From IMG/VR virus record IMGVR_UViG_3300028854_000488: DNA of 64,000 bases. One strand, 5' to 3'. The notes below the pieces were generated by a model. That model saw only the letters and a list, made by a program, of their open reading frames with translations, searched no databases and had not been told where the DNA came from. Made by a program: the position numbers and the translations under genes. The stretch is from a virus (taxonomy: Duplodnaviria; Caudoviricetes). This document shows positions 57,075-64,000 of the stretch, piece after piece (position 1 is the first letter of the stretch; every line of letters begins with the position of its first letter).

Positions 57075-58528
57075 ATGAAATCAGTTTAAAATTAAGTTAA
57101 TAATTTTTGGGGTAACTACAAACCCCTCTATTCCGTCAATAAATATATTCGGAAATGCTTTTCTTAAAATGTTATAACTACCATTTACATCTGCGTTAAT
57201 TATCACATTTGAATTTTTTATTTTATATAAACCTCTACTTTGACGATATCCACTGAATATTTTTTCGGTTTTGTCTCCGTAAACTGGTATTAAATCTAAA
57301 TTCAAAAATGAAGATTTGCTAGTATAACTTTCTTCTTGTAATATAACTCTTATTCCTTCTTTTTCGCACTTATACGATAACATCGATATAAATCTACTAT
57401 GTGGAATCTGTATGAAATTCTGGTTGTTCTGTTTTGACATGTTGCATTCTTGTTTCCAACCATCATTTTTACCAATAACTAATTTTGATATGTTATTGAT
57501 AATTAATTCTTTAACTATTTGATTACTTGCTTTGTGTAGGTAATCATCTACTTTATTGTTTCGTTTATTTGTTAACTTCCTTATTCCTTTACTTGACTTC
57601 TTTTTATTAGTGATTTCAAGAACTGATTTCATTTCTGCTAAACGTTTATTGTAATATTGATTTGTAGATTTAAGTGGTCTACCATTAAAAATTAATGGTT
57701 GAAATCCTTTAATACTGGTCGTTAATGTCGCTAAATTATTTACACCTAAATCAATTGAAGCGTATCGTTTGTTGTCTCTGACTTGTTTCTTTTCATTATA
57801 GGTATAACACACTTCAATCACGTATTGATCAAGCCTTGGTATTATCCGAACGCAATCTATTGAATTAATATCAGTTAACTTGGTATAGAATTCTATTTTA
57901 GTACCTGATAACTTGATTTTGTTTGTTTTCTTGAATACTTTTCTTGATATCGCTTGATAATTATATGAAATAATAAATCTTCCTTTAATCTTATGAAGAA
58001 ATCCTGGTTGCTCTGGATAACTTTTATACTTTGATTTATTTTTACCATAATCTTTACATGAATTAAAGAAACTTTTGTAATTTCGTTGAACCTGAATGAT
58101 AGTTCCAGTCGCAACTTTCATTGGTAATCTCTGAAAGCACTCTTCAGACTTCATTACTTGATATAACTTATTTAAAGGATTATAATCAGTTGTTTCTAAA
58201 CCTTGTCTGATTAAATAAACTGATCGATTATAGATGTTCTTTGATTTAAAACATAATTCATCACACTCTTTATAATTTGAATGTGATTTAGTAATTATAT
58301 GTCTTTCCGTCAATTTCATGTATTAATACCTAATTTTAATGTATATATTAATAAAAATATATTATTTATTTATATTTTATAGAAATTAAATCATTAAAAG
58401 TTTAAATTAATTTATTATTTTTATTTAACTATTTATTTTAATTTATATGATAAATATTTACTATCTTAGTTTATTAAATCATTTGATGAAATAATTTCAT
58501 TGAAATTCATTATTTTTCATTCATTTAT
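57075..58528 (-). mobile_element. Non-autonomous IS200/IS605 (IS1341-like) element
   Basis: tnpB only, no tnpA; TTCAT at both junctions. Confidence 0.7.
57081..58319 (-). CDS. tnpB: TnpB RNA-guided endonuclease
   Basis: RuvC motifs SIDLGVNNLA, QEESYTSK, NADVNGSYNI. Confidence 0.9.
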   Translation of the reverse strand: MKLTERHIITKSHSNYKECDELCFKSKNIYNRSVYLIRQGLETTDYNPLNKLYQVMKSEECFQRLPMKVATGTIIQVQRNYKSFFNSCKDYGKNKSKYKSYPEQPGFLHKIKGRFIISYNYQAISRKVFKKTNKIKLSGTKIEFYTKLTDINSIDCVRIIPRLDQYVIEVCYTYNEKKQVRDNKRYASIDLGVNNLATLTTSIKGFQPLIFNGRPLKSTNQYYNKRLAEMKSVLEITNKKKSSKGIRKLTNKRNNKVDDYLHKASNQIVKELIINNISKLVIGKNDGWKQECNMSKQNNQNFIQIPHSRFISMLSYKCEKEGIRVILQEESYTSKSSFLNLDLIPVYGDKTEKIFSGYRQSRGLYKIKNSNVIINADVNGSYNILRKAFPNIFIDGIEGFVVTPKIINLILN

Positions 58529-58752
58529 ATGAAGATTTTGAATACCTTTATCATATTCAAAGTCAGCAATGATACCTACATTATTATCTAAAAAATCAAC
58601 AATAGATTCATATTTATTTTGTCTATCTTTGATGTCAATTATAACATAATCACCAATTTTAAATTTAGTATTTATATTTTCAAAAAATCTAATATATTTC
58701 ATTTATAACTTATATTTATTTATATATATTAAAAAAATAAAGTTATTTTTGT

Positions 58753-59379
58753 ATGTCAAAAAGTGAAACACCAACAGCAAAAGATTATAAAGAATCTTTT
58801 CAAGATAATATAGATAAATTAAAAAGTGAAATTGAAGATGCCCAAGAAGAATTAGATTTTGATCCAACAGAATTTTTTCCAGTAAATAATAATATTGATC
58901 TAAATTTCAAAATTGAAATGCATGATTATGAAAAAGATTTGGAAGTAATTAGAGAAGAGTCAAAAGAAACTCTTGAATGTATAGCAAATTTGTATTTATC
59001 TGAGGATATTATGTTAAATAAAAACATAAATAATATAATTAAAAATGATGCACTTGCAATTTCGGATTTAAAATTTTCAATATCATGTTCAAAAAGAGGA
59101 TTGATTAATTTAATGAAGCAAATAGATAATGGTAGCTCTGATGCAGATTTGTTTCAAGCAGTATCAATGTTTCAAAGAGAGATGAAAGATTGTATTGAAA
59201 CTTTATATAAATTACAAAAGAGTATGAAAGAGTTCTTTAAAGATCTTAAAGAAGAATTAAAAGAAATAAATATCGGAGATGCTGATTTAGAAATACATGA
59301 TAAATATAAAGATATGAGAATTTCGGATAGAGATATAAATAAATCAATTGATGCTGCATTAGCAAATAAGAAAAAATAA
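58753..59379 (+). CDS. Coiled-coil hypothetical protein
   Basis: 208-aa ORF followed by a terminator. Confidence 0.65.
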   Translation: MSKSETPTAKDYKESFQDNIDKLKSEIEDAQEELDFDPTEFFPVNNNIDLNFKIEMHDYEKDLEVIREESKETLECIANLYLSEDIMLNKNINNIIKNDALAISDLKFSISCSKRGLINLMKQIDNGSSDADLFQAVSMFQREMKDCIETLYKLQKSMKEFFKDLKEELKEINIGDADLEIHDKYKDMRISDRDINKSIDAALANKKK

Positions 59380-59411
59380 AAAAATTCAGTAGATTTATAC
59401 TGAATTTTTTT
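59378..59411. terminator. Intrinsic terminator
   Basis: AAAAAAATTCAGTA-GATT-TATACTGAATTTTTTT. Confidence 0.7.
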
Positions 59412-59690
59412 AAATGTTTCTGATTTAACTTTGTATATTGCTGCTATAATAATATTAACATATTGAGTTTTTTTATTATCCAACAAATTATACATTTTCT
59501 TTGTACTATCAGACAATCCTTTTAATTTATTATATTCTTATTCTGTTAAATAAACAATTTTAGAATTTTTGTTTCTAACTTCAAATTCCTGAGTTTTAGT
59601 TAATTCTCCATTTTCAGATAACTCATATATATTTCTAATTTTAGACGTATCAAATTATTCATTAATTTTTTCTATTTTCATTTAATTTTT

Positions 59691-60416
59691 TTAATTTTTT
59701 TTATATTTATTTAATATAGATAATATTTGTTTATTATATTTATTAGAATAAAAATAATCATTTTTATTTACAATATCAAATACATTAAGTCCATCATCAT
59801 TAGGTTCTGGTTTAAAATTATAGTCTTTAGCATATAAATTTGCACCTTTCTGTAAAAGTTCATCAATAATTTTCAATCTCATATCAACATTATGATTTTC
59901 ACCAGAAAGTATATGATCTTTTCTTTTTAAATTTTCGACTGCTAGTATTAATGGAGTAGATCCATCTCTACTTATAGAATTAATATCAATATTAGGCTGT
60001 TCTAATAATAGTTCAAATACCTTAAATCCTTCTTCATTTAAACGTTTCTCATACACAATACTAGATAGTGGGCTAAAATTTGCATGTCCTTTTAAATTAA
60101 TATCAGCTCCTTTATCAATTAAATACTTACATACATCATAATTCTGATATGAACTTGATAAATTAAGTATATTATCACCAGCCAATTCAACATTTATTAT
60201 TTCAGGATGCGCATCAATAAGACTTATAACATTATTTGTTTCTTTATTCATAAGATATGTTCTACACTCATAATAATAACTATGAATATTTTTTTCTAAA
60301 TCTTTTTTCTGTTTTCTGCCGTCACTGTATTTCGTGAATGTTGATGTATAATCATCACCATAAAAATGTTCATCATTTGTAAATCCTTCAAATGATTTTA
60401 AATGTTTATTTTTCAT
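59691..60416 (-). CDS. Ankyrin-repeat protein with CTS-like N-terminus
   Basis: MKNKHLKSFEGF; KGADINLKG..SPL, DGSTPLILAV, LLQKGANL. Confidence 0.75.
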   Translation of the reverse strand: MKNKHLKSFEGFTNDEHFYGDDYTSTFTKYSDGRKQKKDLEKNIHSYYYECRTYLMNKETNNVISLIDAHPEIINVELAGDNILNLSSSYQNYDVCKYLIDKGADINLKGHANFSPLSSIVYEKRLNEEGFKVFELLLEQPNIDINSISRDGSTPLILAVENLKRKDHILSGENHNVDMRLKIIDELLQKGANLYAKDYNFKPEPNDDGLNVFDIVNKNDYFYSNKYNKQILSILNKYKKN

Positions 60417-60518
60417 AATATCTATTTTTTTTTATAAATTAAATTTATCTGTTGTTCTATTAAATTCAGAATCATCTTTAACTCTTAAATATTCTTCAAA
60501 TTTATTTACTTTCATATA

Positions 60519-60827
60519 TCAATTTTTATTTTTAATATATTTATCATAAATAACTTCTGCAGTATATTCTTTTCTTTTATCTTTAAGATTATTAATTTCT
60601 TTTATTATTTCTGGATTATTATCAAAAATATTTCTAATAAATAATACAGCGTCATCTGATTGCTTAAATGATTTTTCACTTATATTGTGTTCATTACAAT
60701 ATATGTAGTCAATATGATCAAATACATCATCAACATAATTTCTTATAGGTACTTTCCATCCAAATGAATTTATTTCATGATCTGGATTTTTATTGTACAT
60801 CTCTGTTATTAATTTTATGTGATTCAT
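60519..60827 (-). CDS. Protein with CTS-like N-terminus
   Basis: MNHIKLITE; TTTTTATATATA upstream. Confidence 0.55.
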   Translation of the reverse strand: MNHIKLITEMYNKNPDHEINSFGWKVPIRNYVDDVFDHIDYIYCNEHNISEKSFKQSDDAVLFIRNIFDNNPEIIKEINNLKDKRKEYTAEVIYDKYIKNKN

Positions 60828-60900
60828 TGAAATAATTTTTTTATTATATATAAAAAATTAAATAATTTAATTTTTTTATTATATATAAAAAATTAAATAA

Positions 60901-62748
60901 TTATTTTATAAATTTTTCAACCTTTTTATTAGTATCTTCTTTTAAGTATATTTTATTCATTATATTAAATATATATTTAAAAAATTTTTTAAGTTCTTTT
61001 CGTTGAAATTTTCTTGAATCAATAAGAATATCACTATGTATATTATTTAATTCAAATTTAGTATATATTGCTTTAAATAATATACTATTTTCTATAACAC
61101 TATTATTTTTGAAATATATTCTTTCTAAATCATTACATTTTATTGTTCTATTTTTTATTTCATTAAATTCAGTCTCAATATAAATTTCATAAATTTTTCT
61201 TATTGTATTATTTTTAAATTTTGAAATAATATCTTTATCTATAATATTATTAATCACAAGATAATTTAATATTTCTCTTTCATCATTTTCAATTAAAATA
61301 TCATTTTCACTACTAATATTATTGATATCAAGTAGTTTTTTATTAACTTCATCAGGTGCAAATACTTTACCTTTTTCATCTGATTCATTCCATAGCATAG
61401 TTATTCCCCATTTAACTCCTGATATATCATTAATGATTTTATTTCTAAATAAATCTAAAAACTTAATATCTTTATATGATTCTAATTTACATTTATTGAA
61501 TATATTAGAGCAAGAACCTATACCATCATGCCCCCCTGCAACAGTTCTATCATCATTATATCCCATATGAGTTTGAAAATTTTTTAATAAACCATCCATA
61601 TATTTACCTAAATTATTAATCGGTAATCCTAATTTATCTTTTGGTAAATCTTCTTCTAACATATCTGACATTTTAGTTGTTAAATTTGCAAGTTGAAGAG
61701 TATTACCATATTGTAATAATACAAAATTTATTTTAGTATCATTAGGTATGATGCCAGATTTTACATCTTGTGCAAAAATTGCTTTTGCTCTTAGAGCATT
61801 AGACCATGTACCAGATGGAACATACATAAGATTTACAATAATTTGATATACAACTGGTTTAACTTGTAATTTTACTACATCTGAATTTATAATATTACCA
61901 TCATTGTCATAATCTATATATGAAATATTTTGTGCGAATTTTTTCCAAAATTGTTCTTGTGAAGTGAATATAATTTTTTTACCATCTTCTGAGAATCCTT
62001 GATATTTTTCTCCAATACCTTTTGTTTTTATTTTCATTTGTGCTAATCTTAAATATGCATCAGATACAAAATCAGGTTCATCACCATTTTTGAAATTAGG
62101 ATTGTTTTTAGGATAGAATATTTTAAATAACCTGAATATATTATAAATTGATGGCTCTTGAGATGCATTTATAACTTCAATAAATGTTTTATGATCAGAA
62201 CGTTTTAACATTTGATTAAATGATGCTGCAAAATTTAATTTTGCATTAGGCCCGCTAGCAATTTTTTTTAAATCAAAATCTAATATTCCTTTGATATCAA
62301 CGTTATATTCTTCATATTTAGCAGAATCAACCATATCAATCCAATCTTTAGTATCATTTGAAAACGGTATTCCTAATTGTAACGCTAAACCTTCAGCAGC
62401 AGAACCTGTATCAGTTTTTATGCTACCTTTCTTTTGAGCTATTATTTTATCTTCTTCTGAAAAAACACCGTGATGATCAACGTAATAATTAAATATTTCG
62501 TCATCTGATGCAAAATCTAAAGTTATATTAATCAACGAGTCATCAAGTTTAAATGCTGAAACACCTTCTTGATAATCAATCAATCCATATTTGATAATTT
62601 TAAAATCATGATTAATTAAATAATTTTTCATTATTATTGCGGAAACAATTCCGTCTAAATCGTTGTGTGTAATTAAACATACATTTTTTCCAGATTTTCC
62701 TTTTTTAATCCAATAATTTATATTATTTGGAAGTCTTGGCGCTGCCAT
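60901..62748 (-). CDS. DHH-family phosphoesterase-like protein
   Basis: THNDLDG, LDF, VDHH, AGGH motifs; TATCTTTG at 62776-62783 upstream. Confidence 0.7.
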   Translation of the reverse strand: MAAPRLPNNINYWIKKGKSGKNVCLITHNDLDGIVSAIIMKNYLINHDFKIIKYGLIDYQEGVSAFKLDDSLINITLDFASDDEIFNYYVDHHGVFSEEDKIIAQKKGSIKTDTGSAAEGLALQLGIPFSNDTKDWIDMVDSAKYEEYNVDIKGILDFDLKKIASGPNAKLNFAASFNQMLKRSDHKTFIEVINASQEPSIYNIFRLFKIFYPKNNPNFKNGDEPDFVSDAYLRLAQMKIKTKGIGEKYQGFSEDGKKIIFTSQEQFWKKFAQNISYIDYDNDGNIINSDVVKLQVKPVVYQIIVNLMYVPSGTWSNALRAKAIFAQDVKSGIIPNDTKINFVLLQYGNTLQLANLTTKMSDMLEEDLPKDKLGLPINNLGKYMDGLLKNFQTHMGYNDDRTVAGGHDGIGSCSNIFNKCKLESYKDIKFLDLFRNKIINDISGVKWGITMLWNESDEKGKVFAPDEVNKKLLDINNISSENDILIENDEREILNYLVINNIIDKDIISKFKNNTIRKIYEIYIETEFNEIKNRTIKCNDLERIYFKNNSVIENSILFKAIYTKFELNNIHSDILIDSRKFQRKELKKFFKYIFNIMNKIYLKEDTNKKVEKFIK

Positions 62749-62816
62749 ATTTTTATATCTTTAATAATTAGATTACAAAGATACAAAATATTTTTTATAT
62801 ACAACTATTTAAGTGA

Positions 62817-63314
62817 TTATTTTTTCTTTGATAGTAAAGATGTTATATCATTAATAAATTTCTCAGAATTTTTTGGATTCATATTTTCAATTATAGTAAA
62901 ATTTTGATTCCCTTTAATTTTTATTCCTTCTGTAATTTTTCTTAATTCAGGTTTTGTTGAATAATATTTTAATAAAGTATTGACGAATTCATTAATATTC
63001 ATTTTTAATTTTTCATTATATTTAACAATATGTAATTGATTATCTTTTTTTCTAATAAAGTAATCAGTATCTGAATATTTATTTTTTATAGTTTCTAATA
63101 TATCAGTTATATGTCCGCTATTAAATTTTATAATTTTTTCCTCTAATATTTCAATACTCAACATAGAGTCATCTTTAGGAGCTAGTAAAACTTCTTCTTT
63201 TATAGGTTTAATAACCTTTTCAATAGTTTCATCTACTGCATTATTTGATGAAATATTATCAGATTCTATTTTTGTATCAATTATATTAAAATCTGTATAT
63301 TTTTTAATAGGCAT
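62817..63314 (-). CDS. Hypothetical late protein
   Basis: MPIKKYTDF; TTAATATATA upstream. Confidence 0.6.
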   Translation of the reverse strand: MPIKKYTDFNIIDTKIESDNISSNNAVDETIEKVIKPIKEEVLLAPKDDSMLSIEILEEKIIKFNSGHITDILETIKNKYSDTDYFIRKKDNQLHIVKYNEKLKMNINEFVNTLLKYYSTKPELRKITEGIKIKGNQNFTIIENMNPKNSEKFINDITSLLSKKK

Positions 63315-63391
63315 ATTATATTGTTATTTTTTATTATATATTAATAAATTAAAGTCATTTTTATTTTTTATTGAATAAAAGTTAATTATAT

Positions 63392-63429
63392 AAAAAAAGA
63401 TTATTACTTTATAGTAATAATCTTTTTTT
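63392..63429. terminator. Intrinsic terminator
   Basis: AAAAAAAGATTATTAC-TTTATA-GTAATAATCTTTTTTT. Confidence 0.75.
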
Positions 63430-63444
63430 GTGTTAAATAATTAA

Positions 63445-63954
63445 TTAAATTTCTTGTGCTGGTACTTGAGATGCAGCAGATTGAGCACTTGGTTGAATAG
63501 TTGCTTGAACTTGTCCTTGTGCTGAGCCTGCAGGTTGAGCTTGTGCAGTTCTTGGTTGAACTTGTGCTTGTGCACCTTGTGCCTGTGGTTGAGCTTGTGA
63601 ATCATCATTAAATTCATCTTGTGCACCTTGAGCTTGTGGTTGAGCCTGAACTGGTCCTTTATCTGAACCTGTTACTATTTCAACAGGAAGATTTTCTATG
63701 TTCAAATAATTTTCATTTGCCCATTGTACTAATCTTTCAGCTAATCTTTTTTCACCCATTTCTGCTCTTAAATCTTTACCAGAGCTTTCTTTTACTTTTT
63801 TGATGAATGATCCAACTAAAGATTTAGGAAGATCAACATCAACACTAACTCTATAAAAATCATCAATAGCATCTACCATTTCATTTATTGCTGAATCTTG
63901 TGTAATAGATTTCTTACCTTTGAAATCGTTTAAACTTAAAATATTTTTTGTCAT
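63445..63954 (-). CDS. Hypothetical late protein with Gln/Ala/Pro-rich tail
   Basis: QAQPQAQGAQ repeats; TTAATATATAAATA upstream. Confidence 0.65.
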   Translation of the reverse strand: MTKNILSLNDFKGKKSITQDSAINEMVDAIDDFYRVSVDVDLPKSLVGSFIKKVKESSGKDLRAEMGEKRLAERLVQWANENYLNIENLPVEIVTGSDKGPVQAQPQAQGAQDEFNDDSQAQPQAQGAQAQVQPRTAQAQPAGSAQGQVQATIQPSAQSAASQVPAQEI

Positions 63955-64000
63955 TTTGTTGATATTATTTTTTTTTATTTATATATTAATTTTATTTATA

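Larger units (their letters stand above)
56851..58702 (-). pseudogene. Phage gene split by the TnpB element
   Basis: 5' part MKYIRFFE...GIQNLH (58702-58529) joins in frame to CFSSKLETICYYDVKYDN...KNKSNKFNM (from 57074) when the element is removed at TTCAT. Confidence 0.7.

Noticed and set aside
57075-58528. IStron (group I intron plus tnpB)
   Set aside because: The left region of about 210 nt is extremely AT-rich with no recognisable group I core.

Overview
A 64 kb segment of a very AT-rich jumbo/huge tailed-phage genome in the standard genetic code. No CRISPR array or rRNA is visible. It contains late/virion-type genes (tape-measure-like protein, many proteins with a T4-like MKxxxxFxxFxNE N-terminus), a minus-strand tRNA array (about 11.9-16.0 kb), and auxiliary genes: IMPDH/GMP-reductase-like, radical SAM, AsnB-like, DnaK, RtcB, DHH phosphoesterase, glucosaminidase and a broken HisRS core. 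Mobile genes include two HNH and two GIY-YIG endonucleases and a TnpB element that splits a gene. Six exact TTTG-N20-TAnnTTTG promoters point to a Bacteroidota host. The main candidate new system is a pair of unannotated leader peptides, each followed by a terminator/antiterminator, upstream of the tRNA genes. Codons 1-38 of the 43-aa leader use only the eight amino acids served by the downstream tRNAs (N, M, I, Y, R, C, E, D). This suggests ribosome-coupled attenuation that turns on phage tRNA synthesis when host tRNAs are depleted. Other notable items are six paralogs sharing MKIRxGFVSNSSSSSF, about 25 small proteins sharing a C-terminal RKxKLxxL tag, and a repeated divergent RHH-pair plus nuclease module. 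All functional calls come from motif recognition by eye; no database search was run.
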